A stretch of 63,992 bases of DNA, the filler included, from Cladosporium halotolerans (lineage: Eukaryota), in NCBI RefSeq assembly GCF_011745625.1. It is 5 parts of 5 records of this genome, joined end to end, with 100 filler letters (N's around TTAATTAATTAA, not from the genome) between each part and the next. Parts side by side here need not be neighbours in the genome. Positions count along the whole stretch, not along the records: positions 42,165 to 55,656 come from NW_027191567.1; positions 55,757 to 63,992 come from NW_027191616.1; 3 more parts are not named here. One strand, 5' to 3'. Made by a program: the position numbers and the translations under genes. The notes beneath the pieces were generated by a model, which did no database searches, had not been told where the DNA came from, and saw only the letters and a program-made list of their open reading frames with translations. Numbering within the stretch: the first letter of the stretch is position 1; every line of letters begins with the position of its first letter. This document shows positions 48,204 to 60,400 of this stretch, one piece after another.

Positions 48204-50552
48204 TTGCTGCCAAATACCAAGTGGTTCGGTCGCCTTTGATCTGGTTGTAGCGGCCGGACGAAGTGAATGAAGGCGGTCTTATCAGCCTCGAACACCGCGC
48301 CGCTTTCCCGTGCCCACTTCTCAGCCCGAGGTAGCAGCTGTGTTTGCAGCTTGCGTGTGTTCTCTACCATGCTTGGTCCCGTCACCCATGCGTTGTTGTC
48401 GTCGATGAAGCCGATAGGCCCTTCGCTTTTGTTGATACGACTCTGCGCGAGGTTCGCATTGTAGAAGATATACAGTATCGGGGAGAGTGGTGAGCCCTGG
48501 GGAATGCTTGTGTGCTCGTTCTCCGAGATTGGTGATTCATAGTCACCTACCACTACCGAAGCTTTCCGACCGTTACAGAAGCTTTCAACCCAGGCCAACC
48601 AACTCTGCCGGTATCCTTCGCTCACGTAGTCGTTCGGCAAGCACCGATGGATGCACGCCGTTAAATGCGCCCTGCACGTCGAACGATACTAGAGAAAAAC
48701 CCTGCATGCTCGCCACGCTTCATGTATCTTCTCGTCCCAGCAGGTTGAGCGCCTGTTCTGCCGATCTTCTTGGACGCCCACCGAAGTGGTTCTCCGGAAG
48801 CAGTCTGGAAGTCTCGGCCAGGTAAGACAACCTTCTTGCGACTACTGCCTCGAGTCCTTTACTGATCGTCTCCAGCAACGATAGCCCGTACGCCTTGGGC
48901 TTCGAGTAGTCTGGTTTATTGGGTTTGCGCAAGACGACAATCTTGGCCGTACGCCACCGTTGCGGTACGTACTTCAGGTCAAGTGAAGCCTGGTACAACT
49001 TCAAGACCACACTGCCCAGCACCGGCCACAGTTCCTTCCAGACAAGAAAAGTGATCACGTCCAGAACGGGTGCCTGGTCGGCTTCGACTGCATGATCACA
49101 GCTTCGACTTCCTCAAGCGTCAACTTCGGGAGCTTGATCCTCAAAGGCACCTTCTTGCCTGCGTACTCGTGTGGCCTGCTGGCCCTTTTCGTGACCAGCC
49201 TCGGCTTCACCGAGGTACTGTCGCGATGCACTGGCTCTGGAGGAATTGGGAAGAATGAGGTGAGTAGAAGGTCGGCCTTCTCCCGCTCGTCCGTTATCCC
49301 TACATCTCCCGCCTTCAGCACAGGTATGCCGTGGCTCGCGCGGCTCGCTCTCGTGTACGCGTAGGCCTTCCAAATGTTGTCGCGGTTATCAAGAAACTCC
49401 GCCCAGTGTTCTCGCTTGCTTTGCTCGAGCTTGTCCATATATAGACGCCTGGCGAGTCTGACCCTTCCAGCAGCTTCGGCAACGTCCTCACCTCGGCGTC
49501 TGATAGTGGTCAGATGGTTTCGCGCTGCGCCCAGTGAGAGCCGCAGCGTCTTCAGCTCGTCCGTCCACCAGCGCTTGGCGTACGGCGATGGTCTCGCTCT
49601 TGCGACGTGCTCCTCTAAAACCCCGTTGACAGACGCCTCTAATCTCTCCGCCGCCATCTCCAGGTCACCCCTGGTGGATGGTGTGATAGAGCTGGCATCG
49701 TCCGCGATCCTCTTGGTTACTTCTTCACGTATCGTTTTCCAGTCAGCTTTGTCGTACATTCGGTTTCTTGGCTTCTCGTGATACTCCATGGTGTCCACCA
49801 CAAAGTGAGCCCGAATCGCTTTGTGATCGGACCGTGGTCAACTTGATGGATCCCGCAGTACTCGCACACATCGCTCAAACCACTCGTTGCCACATGATAT
49901 CTATTGTGGAACAAGTGGATCCATTGTAGTGCTCCCAAGCCACTGTTCCCGACGGGAGCAGTGAAGCTAGTGCATTCTCCTGCATGAAGTCGATGATGAG
50001 CTCAGCCTCGTCGGTACGACTGGTCTCTCCGAATGCCTCGGCACCGCCCCACAGTCCATGGTGGCGGTTGAAGTCAGCACACAATAGCAATTCGACACGA
50101 CCATTCTTTCCGCCCCCCCTCACCGCATCGTAAACATCCTTGATCATTTGCAGCTTGGCACGAAGCTGCTTTTCATTCGCCGCCTGGCCGTCTGTGGACT
50201 TCACATCGTAAGCGGACACAATGAGTGTGGCGCCACGGTTTGTGGGAATCGTCACCGCAACCACGTCGCCGGAAGGTACGGCGACTTGTTGTGCGGCGTG
50301 TTTCTTGTTCACCCATATGGTGGCCCGGTAGGCGTACCGTGCCTCTCCTTCCCGTTTCGTACTTGGCTTGAGCGACTGCCAGTTCCGCTCGACTGGAAAC
50401 GCCGGCTCGCCAGTATCCAGATCTTCGAAGATGTACGGTTCAACCACTGAGAGAGCGTCAAAATCTGCCAAGCTCTCATCGCAGAACAAACTCCAGTGCG
50501 CCCTTTTTCGCTTGCCGATGTTCACGTGTAGCACTTTGAACTCCCCTAGCAT
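48204..50552 (-). pseudogene. LINE ORF2 endonuclease plus reverse transcriptase (frameshifted)
   Basis: VNIGK, VVEP, DFNRHH (APE endonuclease); RWWT, KPNKPDY, PQGSPLSPILY, GFIDD (RT). Overlaps the ORF1 stop by 7 nt. Confidence 0.88.
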
Positions 50553-52102
50553 GAAGTAGCGCTGGGTGTGTTCAACGTGCTCGCTGTGCTCGTTACGTGC
50601 GCCCCGCCACTGGTGCTCGATGAGCTAGTCGGGCTTTCCTGCGCAATACCATCCACGTCGATGTCCATGGCCACACTGCGCTGCTCCTGCCTCGTCCTGG
50701 ACTTCTGTTGCCCAACATGTCGGTAGCGCTGCGGATGCAGTTTACACGCCCAATCGAATACCGTGTGCACGTCGCCGCACGCCGGGCACTTCGGACTGTC
50801 CTTGTCCGTGCACTCGTCTTGACGGTGACCTTTCGAGCAGATAGCGCATCTGATCTGGCCGGTGCACGACGCCTGCTTGTGTCCGTACCTGTTGCAGTGA
50901 TAGCACGGACCACTGTTGTCTGTAACGATGAAAGGTGAGCAGAACGCGTTGATCGCGCCAAACATAGCTGCGCCTGTTCGTAGCAGGTAGTCTGCATCGA
51001 GTCTGTTCTTCAGCCAAACCACCATCGATCCTACGTTCTTCTTTGCGTCAACCTTACTGAGCCACGTGGCCTTCATCACCGTACATTCTGCCGTCTCGCA
51101 GCTATTGTCCGCCATGAAGTCCTTCGCAAAGTCCTTGTTTAGCGTCTTACCGTCGTTGACTTCCTGGTCCAGTACACATTGCTTCACGACACTGTCAAAC
51201 TTCACCGGATACCACTGGTCACCTTTGACGCGAGCGCCGCTAAGGCTCGACGTCAGCCAGCGAGTGTGCTGCTTTGCCTTGTTAGCTTCTTCCTTGTCGG
51301 CGAAAACTACGTCGATCCTGTCGCCCGGGCCAGGCCGTATACATCTGATCGTCAGCTTTTCCGTGACCTTGTTGACCTTGAGCCCGTCGCGCAGGCTATC
51401 TCTGATACCGTTGTAATTGTTCTTCGCTCCCTCGAATCTGCCCATGTCGACCGACACTGCTCGCTCATCTTGCACCTGTGGTTTCTCCTTGGGGATTTGG
51501 AAGCTGCCTGCTGATGTTGACCCGGTCTGGGAGGTCTGTGAGCCCATGGACGTGGCTCTCCCCGCAAGGACTTCGCTGTAGCTATTAGGCCTGGGGCTTC
51601 CTTGCAGCAGTGCCTTCAATGCCTTGATCTCCTCGCCTTGTGCCCTGATCTCCTCGCCTTGTGCCTTGATTGTCTCCATCATCGCATGATTGCTTTCCAG
51701 CAGCGCCTTGTTGCTGTCAAGGAACGCCTTCTGGCTCTCCGCCGTTTGCCTTTGAGCCGCCACCAGCTGTGCGGTGGTCTCTGCCATCGCTGCAAGCTTG
51801 TCGTTGACGCTCTCCTCAGCTTATCTCTTACGCGCCGCAGTCGACGCGGCCTCAAAGCCGGGCGTAACCTGCTGCGAGGCTCCGCCTTCCTCCACCACAC
51901 TCGACCTGATCCTCATCGTCGTCCTTTTCGCCCCTCCCGCCTTCGCCTTCCCTCTCGTCACAACTTGCCACTCCGCACCCCCTCCGCCCTCCGACCCCGC
52001 ATCAGCGGCGAAGCCGGCGGCGACAGCGGGCGTCGAGCTTCGAGCTTCGAGCTCCAGCACCTTCCCCACATCCACCACCACCTCCCTCCACGTCGATAAC
52101 AT
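50546..52102 (-). pseudogene. LINE ORF1 (gag-like) with coiled coil and three zinc knuckles; in-frame TAA at 51821
   Basis: CYHCNRYGHKQASC, CAICSKGHRQDEC and CPACGDVH..C. Confidence 0.88.
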
Positions 52103-52234
52103 CGTTTTGAGTGATTTCAGTCATATCAAAAAGATCCCTTCCAGCTTGGCTCGCACTTCGGTCCCAGAGGTCGCGTCAATTCTGTCGCACTTCTACGCGT
52201 GCTACGCTACCCCCCGGATGACGAAAGCGCGTTA

Positions 52235-53060
52235 GAAGTCTTGGACAGTCCGTGCACGTGGACAGTCAATGCACGCGTCGCGCGTCGCATCTAATATGAG
52301 AGACACCAATACTCCCGCTGCCAATCCAGCCTGGATCTACTTGAAATTCACACCACAAGCTCTCCAATCAGTTGTGGGTTATCCGGTTTAGTTTCAGTCC
52401 AATAGGTGCACTGGAACACGAATGATCCTCCCCGACCTCGATCTGAGCTGTTTTGCTCCTTCTAGCGCGTTCGGACGTTACTCTACAAGTTCAGGCTCTG
52501 TGGGTGCCAGGTGTTTCTTTGGTCTTCCTCTTGGCCTCTTGCTTTGAGTCTCTAGTCCTGATCTGGCCTGATTCTGGGCCTTTTTAGCTGCTCTATCTGC
52601 TTCCCTCTGAGCCGTCTTTAATGCTTTGGCTGCCTTGCGAGCAGCTTGAGCTGTGGCTCTGTCATCGCGCCTCTTCTGAGATTCTTGCTCGTTCCGAGCC
52701 TTTGCGAGGACCCTCTCTCGTATCCTCTGCTCTTTGTCCTCTCGCTCTTGCTCCTTTTCTTGCTCCCTCCGGTCTTGAAGCTCAACAGCAGCTTTCGCCT
52801 TGCCAGGGCTGAACAAAATCGAACCAGAACCCTCCTCACTCTGAATTGCTCAATCAGCTTCTTGCCACGTTTCTTCTTCTTCTTCTTCTTCTTCTTCTTC
52901 TTCGGTAGGCTAGAGCTATTCGGTCGGCGCCTGAAGACGTTATACACCAATGGTATGGGGCCGGTCTCTGAGACTATTTATCTTCTTGATTCGCAAGTGA
53001 TGCTTTTTGTTGAATCGCTTGTATCCTTGTCATGTATACCGTACAAACTCCCTAGGGGCG
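52235..53060 (-). mobile_element. 3' remnant of a pogo/Fot1-like transposon with TIR; contains (TTC)11
   Basis: KKKRGKKL..FSPGKAKAA..charged helix..RPRGRPKK is typical of Fot1-type transposase tails. Terminal TA|GAAGTCTTGGACAGT..GGACAGT repeats. Confidence 0.65.
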
Positions 53061-53135
53061 AAGGCAGCCACTCCAACGCCCAAGTTTAATCATATTATCG
53101 TTACAATAACTAATTGCATTCCAACCAAACAAATT

Positions 53136-53993
53136 TCACTCTACCGGCGCGTCCGTAAGCGGCACGTATTGCACACCGTACTCTTTTTTCTTGGTGACGT
53201 TACCATGCTCATCTTTGTCGATAACGTAGATGTATTGGTGAAAATTCTCTCCAACAGGGACGAAGAGCCTAGAGGTCGTGAAGGTTAGTTAGCAGATAAA
53301 AGGTGAAGAATTGCTTCCGGAGAAGATGTTTCTTTCCCCTTCGAAAGATGTCCGGCACGAAGCAACGATCGGGATGTCGCATACTCACCTTCCAGGCGCC
53401 TTCAATTGCTCCACAATCCGACTCCATCCCTTCTCGCCCGCCACCGCCGCTCCGACGTGAATAGCATCGTACGGCGCACTCCCCTTCCAGCCCTCCCGTC
53501 CGTCGCCCTTCACAAATTTCATCCCGCCATCCTCCAACAGTTTCCTACCCTCCGTGCTTTTCCCCACATTCCGCTCCCCTATCTCGACCAGCGGCTGGAT
53601 GTGTTCAATGCCCACAACGCTACCGCCGGGCTGGACGAGGTGCGCGAGCACGTGCGTGAGGTAGCCAGAGCCGGAGCCGATGTCAAGGACGCGTGCGCCT
53701 GGGCGGAGGTACGGGAGGAGGGACTCAGCGGCCGGGGCATGCATATGCGGGGCGCTGATGGTGGCGGCGTGGCCGAGAGATTGTGGGGAGTCTTGATACG
53801 GCGCTATGGGAGCGTAGTGGGCTCGATCGACCTTGAAATAATACGATTAGGTTGCTGGGTACATTCATTCGGGATGAGCATTGACATCTACTTTCTTCAT
53901 GGCCTCTCTCACGCGGAGAGAGGTGACCAGGCCGTTTTGGAAGAGGTTTTCGATGAGCGCATCATTAGAAGCGCCAGACGAATGCCAGGCCAT
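53136..53993 (-). CDS. pcm1: Protein-L-isoaspartate(D-aspartate) O-methyltransferase, 3 exons (introns 53832-53891 and 53269-53388)
   Basis: [50 protein letters not shown] and YVPLTD motifs; canonical splice sites. Confidence 0.92.
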
Positions 53994-55439
53994 GTTTGTG
54001 CGGTGCCGCCCGCAATGAGGGAGTGACGATGATAGTCTATTTCGAAGCTTGGGCGAACTGGTGGGCAGTATCTGGCAAAATTTGGAGACCGCGGCTGTTA
54101 AAGACAAGGCGATGCTCATGCGTGGCTGCCTGATGGCAGAATCTGGAAAGAACACTTGATCCGGGAGATAGGAATCACGATAGTTAATTGAGCTGACTAC
54201 GGGAAGAGGAAGTGGTGTATTGTCATTGTGATGTCGGTTGTCCAGGGTCTGCAGCTCCAACGCAACGGTTTCGACGTCACGCAGCATCAGCCCCATCTTG
54301 TGCGGAGGGGTCGTGGCCGGAGGGTTCGGAAGGGCTTGTCAAGCACTCTTGTCGGTGCATTTATACATAAGTATATCGTCGCCCGATATGTTAACCAGCT
54401 CTATTCACAGATCCTGCGTGACATTGTAGGCTGGACTTCGGGGACAGTCTTGCACGCTACCAAGCCAAGACCACACGTATAACCAGAGGCGATTGGCTTG
54501 TCATAAGTAACACTCGACGGAACAGCTGGCATTTCATGATAAGAACACTACAAATGGGCGTCGCCATCTACTCTATCATGGCATAAAAGGATTGGCCGGA
54601 CGGAGAGCGCACACCTTCACGTGGTGTCCGGTGTTAGTAGCCGCTACGCAGTGAAACCAAGTGCGCTACACAATACCAGAAGAGCGATGAGCCCACGTGG
54701 CAGTCTCGCGCAAAGTCATCGTTTGACGATGTCTACCTCCTGCTCCGCTGACAAGGCCCGACGTGGGTGATGAGGCCGCCCACCTCATCGCCAGCCGTCA
54801 GGAAAATTCTACACGACGCGACAAGGCCTGCGCGCACGCCGCATCCAGGCAACAAGAAGACGACCATGCCAACTCGTCATCACAGTTGAGCAAGAGTTGG
54901 AGAAACTACGCACGAGATGCACAATATGCGAAGAGCCCGCCAGCTCTCGCAGAAAGACCTTTACACAGACTCGCAAATGAGACGAGTCGTACCAGACAAG
55001 ACACCCAACACGAGCGCTCGATGGGCTCGGCCGACTGGGAGATGCCGCGCGATAAGCACAGCAGACGCTACGCGTCAGCACAAGGCGATAACATACGCCA
55101 TACCTCTCGCACACGAGAGAAACACAGGCGCACAGCAAGGAACAACCAGCCCGAGGGGATGCCCAGCCCCGGCGGGCTCTCCTACGAGCCAGGCAGCATG
55201 GACAAGACAGAGCACATCTTCAACAGTGGAGGCGTTTCGCTCGTACACTTGAGAGGAATGGAGAGGTGAAATATTGGAATGACGGAGAGAGCAGGGGACG
55301 AGGGTCAGTAGTTGCGATCACACGCGAGAGCCAGTAGGAGGGCATTCATTTGTCCAAAAGCCGTGGTGACTTGGTAAAGGCAGGATGGCGAGCATAACTG
55401 TACTGTAACAGACCAACGCGAGAGCACATATATAAGTCA

Positions 55440-55577
55440 TAGAAATCGTCGAGAAGATAGCCGACGTGCCATAAGCTATTTAGCTTGAATGCAGTATGAT
55501 TAAAAAAAAAAAAAAAACAAAGGAGTGTCGCAGGTACGTCGCAGCTGTAGCATTAACGTTACTACATAGCCTGAATG

Positions 55578-55615
<38 letters not shown>

Positions 55616-55656
55616 TTTTTTTTTTTTTTTTTTTTTTGGAATCATATTGTATGCAA
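55440..55656. mobile_element. Cluster of non-LTR retroelement 3' tails: A16 tail (+), (ATC)n tail (+), T22 tail (-)
   Basis: TTGAATGCAGTATGATT-A16 versus the reverse complement TTGCATACAATATGATTCC-A22. TAGCCTGAATGAAA(TCA)n matches the LINE end at about 44320. Confidence 0.6.
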
Positions 55657-55756
55657 NNNNNNNNNNNNNNNNNNNNNNNNNNNNNNNNNNNNNNNNNNNN
55701 TTAATTAATTAANNNNNNNNNNNNNNNNNNNNNNNNNNNNNNNNNNNNNNNNNNNN
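55657..55756. other. Artificial scaffold linker
   Basis: N44-TTAATTAATTAA-N44. Confidence 0.97.
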
Positions 55757-55854
55757 AATTGATTGATTGGTCATGAGGTGCAACTTGATTGATTGCTTAG
55801 TCAACAATCAATCAATCAAGTTGTCAAGTAAAAAATTGATTGTGCACACCTCTG
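55757..55854 (-). mobile_element. hAT-like terminus (TIR CAGAGGTGTGCACAATC on the minus strand)
   Basis: 16/17 match to the TIR at 63894; (TGAT)/(ATCA) subterminal repeats. Confidence 0.75.
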
Positions 55855-56179
55855 GCTGTGCTCCTCTTATCATTTCCACTATTTCCCTCACGGCGGAGTC
55901 AACCGCAGGGATCTGCTGCTGCATGAGGAAGTAGCATGCTCACTCGATCCACTTCGCGACATCCGAGTCCCAAAACAAATGGTCGGGAATTGGCCAGACG
56001 GAAGGTTCGCGGTCGTAAACCTCGTGCCATCCCGGCTTGAACGCATCATATCTTCCGGTGCTTTTCAGCACGTCTGGCTGGTAAAGAAGAGTGTTCGCCA
56101 TCGCAGCATCGCGCCTTCTTCCCACGAGAGAGGTCGATGCCAGTATGGTGGAGGCAAATGTGGTCTGCGGGTACGCCAT
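55855..56179 (-). pseudogene. GH127 / DUF1680 beta-L-arabinofuranosidase-like 5' fragment
   Basis: TGRYDAFK..HLFWDSDVAKWIE*ACYFL..MIRGAQ. In-frame TGA at 55940, then truncation by the TE end. Confidence 0.8.
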
Positions 56180-56562
56180 GCTGTACTGGTCCAGTATTGC
56201 ATGGACTGGGTGAATCCTTTCTCAAACAGAGGAAGCGGGAAGAGCTTTGAAAAAGCAGACTGAATTTTCAAGAAGGGCGTGCGAGGCTTTCACGAGCCTC
56301 GGACAATAGCACAAGAGCGACAAATGCCCAAGAAGCCCCCGTTGCTATTGTGATCGTCCACCACTTTCTCCACAAGACGTCCCCACCGGAAGTTCGATTC
56401 CCAAGCCGCCATCGAAGCGCCAGTCGTGCGGGGCATCAGCCTACGGGGTCGCGCGGGGTGGCAGGGTGTCCCGAGCGTTAGCTGGCGCCGAGTGTGAAAT
56501 GGAGGGGAAGCGCGTCCCGTTGTGAACATCTCCACCGTCTACCTCCGGAACCGAAAACCCAC

Positions 56563-59182
56563 ATGGTTGAAATGACTTCGACAGACAGCAGGCAGCTTGT
56601 TTGCCACACGTGCGCCAAATCGTTCCGCAAAGAGGAACATCTCCGTCGACATCAGCTCATTCACTTGGACGACAAGCCATTCGGGTGCGTCCAGTGTGCG
56701 AAGAGGTTTGCCAGGAAGTAGGTTTAGTGCAAAGTCGGAAACTGCAGGAAATCTGCCCAAGCCTTCAACGCTGATCAGCCCAACTCGGCAGAGACGCTCT
56801 GCAGAGACACAAGGGCACACACGATGCTCCTGTTAGCCTTTTGATGCGCGGCAGCAGAGCTTGTGGAAATTGTGCGGCCGCAAAGGCACGCTGCTCAGGA
56901 GATGCATGCTGCATACGCTGCTCAAGGCGTGACCTTCGCTGCTCGTATCCCATCGTTGGCCCAAACGATTTCCCTCAACCCCAGTTGGACCCGACGTCAC
57001 AGATGGAGGGCCACATGGTCCCCGATCAGACGGCCTCTTTAGGCACCACGCTACCTCTGATGCCATAGGAGTTGGACATCAACGTGACCAACAACTGGCT
57101 GAACGCAATAAGTGATGACTGGGTTGAGTTGATTGCAAACACACAGGCTAACTCCGGGGCCACGTGGCCGGACGTATCGTTGACAGAATCTGCCGATCCA
57201 ACAACAACAACAACGCTATCGACTATCCCACTGTCGACACAGCCAGATGACACAACCAAGGACAATCCAACTGTCATTTTGCCGGGAGAATTCTATGCGG
57301 ACGGACAAGCTTCGCGCCTTCCGCACGTCAAGCGAAGACTTTGATGCGCTCTACCAACGACTCTTCCGCCCTTTACGGTCCGTCGGCAGATTCAGTAGGA
57401 TTGCAGGCACTCCGTGGATCGAAGTACCCCAGGCGTATTTCGGATGCGCATTACTCAGATCTCTCGGGGCTGTGTCAACGTCTTTGCTCAAGTTCTGATG
57501 CAGCAACACCATCCCCTTTGGGCGATATTCCCTCCAGGCCACATTTCGAAATGCTTCTAGACTGCTACTGGACGCACTTTGACCCGATCCTCCCTTTCGT
57601 TCATCCTAGCTTGGGGATTTCGACGACCAGTGTGCATCTGACCTTGGCCATGTGTGCTGTTGGGGATCACTACACTGGCGATTCAGCTGAACATGTCGTC
57701 TCACTCTGCGAGATCCTCAACGGTGCTTTATCGATCACCACAAGATCTGAGATCGACACACTTGAGTTCAAGCAAGCGCAGCTCTTGTATTATTGCTGTA
57801 TGATGTACGGAAGCCAGAACATCGACGTTGCACGCACCGCAACTTTGTGCGCTTTGCTCCGAAACTTATTTGACGAGCTCGCGAAAGAATACAAGAACTT
57901 GAGGCGGGAAGATGCTGCGCATGAGGATTTTGCAGACGAAGACAGACGCGCAAGGTGGTTGTATTCGGAGCAGTTAAAACGCTGCGCTTACGCCGCGTGG
58001 ACGCTGGATACTATGCATGCTGCGCAGTATGACGAAGTTCCAACATTCTCTCTTAAAGACGGGAATCTTCCCTTGCCTGCGAAAGAAGATCTTTGGGACG
58101 CTGTGAGCGCACAGCAGTGGCGAGCAATCTATGATCCCCTCATCTCCGAACCGTCGCTCGAGGAGGCTTTGCAGGATCTCTACATCAACAGAGCTCATCC
58201 CAGAGATCGAAGTGAGTTTTCTCGTGTCATCGTCATTTATGGTATACATCAACGGATGCGGGAAGTTTCAGAGTATTTTGCAAATCCGCTATCCTCATGG
58301 AATCCCGCTGTGAGGGAATCGAGCGACTCGAGCACCTTCACCAACAAGACAGTATGGCTTCCGTCTGTCTCAGCCTTCGCAGCATGGCAAAACTCTACAT
58401 GCGACGCTCTGGACGTTTTGCATTGGTAAGCAAATGCCACGATCGGGTACGCGAATGGTTTTGAACACCCCACTGTCCTCCACCTACACTTTGCTAGAGT
58501 CGCCCTACTGGCGCCTTGCTCGAGTCTTGTCCGCTTGGCACGAGCTGTTATTGGCAGTCGAAACATGGATAATGCACTCACATGTCCTGACGCCCAGCTG
58601 GTCCGAAGATGGGCTGTACAGCACCAGTACAAAGCTCGGCTTGGGGCAATACACGCTGGCGTCCTGCTGTGGCACGTGCGGTTCGTATCAAAATACAAAT
58701 TGTCATCCAATCACTGATCAAATATGGCTAATCTCTTTGCGCATAGAAAGTATTCTACCGATGCATTTTACGAAGGACCTGCTGTCGGTTTCGCTGCTTT
58801 TCTGCTCTGGGCATTCGGTACTTATGCGCCCACCTGCAGAAGCGGACTCGCTCCAAACTCTTCTTTTCCTACGCTGCAATCACAAATCATCGGGGAGTCT
58901 GAGCCGAATGAAGAAGAATCAGAAGGCGACGAGCCAAATCCTGTCCCAAACACGATCATGCTTGATAGGCCCACCGATGATGAGCTTGTCCAACGGTTCA
59001 TACGGCAAGGACATAACATGGAAGTACAGATTAGCGGAATCGGCAATCTCTGCGATCAAGGTGGACCTAGGCGAATTCTATGCCAGAGCTACAATGTGAT
59101 CTCCACGCTAGGATGCTGGACGGTTAGCTCGTCTTGGCTCGACCTTCTTAGACGACTCGAGGTAAAGGTTAGCGAGAACTAA
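56563..59182 (+). pseudogene. C2H2 + Zn(II)2Cys6 fungal transcription factor with middle-homology region; disabled
   Basis: CHTC..HQLIH, CVQC..HKGTH (across an intron about 56718-56790) and CGNCAAAKARC..CIRC..C. TAG at 57066, frameshift near 57342, TAA at 58427 inside HW*ANATIG..EHPTVLHLH. Confidence 0.8.
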
Positions 59183-59572
59183 GGGGTAGGGTTAGGGGTT
59201 GATTGGGCTTCTATATAGCTTAGCCTAGCTTTATACACAGTCTAAAGTAAATGAGAATGCTAATCTAACTTCTTAGTTTTAACTTATACTTGTATGATAG
59301 TAGTTACTCAAAATAATAGATCTAATACGTTTCAGAATAAAAATATATTGAATATATTAGGAGTGCACGTAGTCTAAATCGGGCTCTTGCAATCTCATCG
59401 CCTCGTATCTTATTAAGTTCACGCTATGACGAAGATCATGCCGCGGGCGCAAGCTCTACGTCATTTGTGTACCAACTTACATCAAAAGACATACAAGGCA
59501 GAATAGCATCTCACGAAGGCTCCTCATTCCTTTCTTTCGCGATTCTCAGCAGAAATAACGAAAGCCGTCAAT

Positions 59573-60400
59573 ATGTCAGGCTACCTTTCCTCTATTTCGA
59601 ATGCAGCCACTGGCTACGTCGACTCCGCGAAAAACACAGCTACCGGATACGCTACCTCTGCAGCGAACACAGCGACGGGCTACCGCGACCAAGCGTACGG
59701 GTACGTGAACGACGCTGGCGAGTACGTCACAGGGAATCTCGACAATGCTGGACAGACAGCAGGCGACTATGCCAGGCAGTATGGCAAGACGGTGACGGAT
59801 ACAGGCGAGGGCTTGGAGAAGCAGGCGCAAGGATATAGCGACACGGTGAACTCGACCATCAACAAGACGACGGGCAAGCCTGTCCCGGCCAAGAAGGCAG
59901 CAGCAGCAAAGGCTCCTGCAGCAAAGGCGGCAGACTCGGCCAAAAAGCCCGCGGCAAAGCCAGCGACGGCGAAGCCTGCAGCAGAGGCGAGCCCAGCGTC
60001 GAAGCCAGCAACCACGAAGACGCCAGCCGCAAGTTCCACGTCCAAGCCAGCAGCGAAGGCCGCGCCCTCGAAACCCGCTACTAGGAAGGCACCCGTCAAC
60101 CGCACTCCAATCGGAACGAAGAAGCCCGTACCTGGAGCCTCGTCATCCTCCAAGACGACAGCCGGAGCCGATGATGCAGAGAGCGAGCCTCCAACAAAGA
60201 AAGCTCCCGCCCCGAAAGCCCCTGCCGCCAAACCTGCCACTGCGAAAGCTTCTACTACAAAGCCAGCTGCGGCAAAGGCGCCCGCTGCGAAAGCTCCTAC
60301 CGCGAAGGCTCCTGCTGGGAAGTCTTCCGCCGCGAAAGCTCCAGCTGCGAAAACTCCAGCTGCAAAGCCTGCTGCTTCCAAGCCTGCTGCCAGCAAGTGA
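59573..60400 (+). CDS. 275-aa protein with LEA-like 11-mer repeats and an Ala/Lys/Pro (AKAPA/AKPA) repeat tail
   Basis: Intact ATG-TGA ORF. N[AT]ATGY repeats every 11 aa, followed by a histone-H1-like basic tail. Confidence 0.8.
   Translation: MSGYLSSISNAATGYVDSAKNTATGYATSAANTATGYRDQAYGYVNDAGEYVTGNLDNAGQTAGDYARQYGKTVTDTGEGLEKQAQGYSDTVNSTINKTTGKPVPAKKAAAAKAPAAKAADSAKKPAAKPATAKPAAEASPASKPATTKTPAASSTSKPAAKAAPSKPATRKAPVNRTPIGTKKPVPGASSSSKTTAGADDAESEPPTKKAPAPKAPAAKPATAKASTTKPAAAKAPAAKAPTAKAPAGKSSAAKAPAAKTPAAKPAASKPAASK

Larger units (their letters stand above)
44274..52230 (-). mobile_element. Tad1-like LINE (gag, endonuclease, RT, RNase H, CCHC), degenerate and interrupted at about 45270-48203; (ATC)n 3' tail
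   Basis: Domains in canonical order. 3' end TAGCCTGAATTAAAC followed by a (TCA)n tail at 44274-44317. Confidence 0.9.

Noticed and set aside
54763..55269. 168-aa ORF upstream of the poly(A) tail
   Set aside because: T-poor sequence with no clear motif; possibly decayed retroelement but not supportable.
14482..55756. Palindromic TTAATTAATTAA flanked by Ns, four times
   Set aside because: Artificial six-frame-stop contig linker, not biology.
58426..58431. GTAAGC as an intron donor rescuing the TF stop
   Set aside because: The frame continues directly into ANATIG..EHPTVLHLH, so TAA is better explained as a mutated CAA.
59180..59200. Telomere-like GGGTAGGGTTAGGGG
   Set aside because: Only one exact TTAGGG unit; insufficient evidence.
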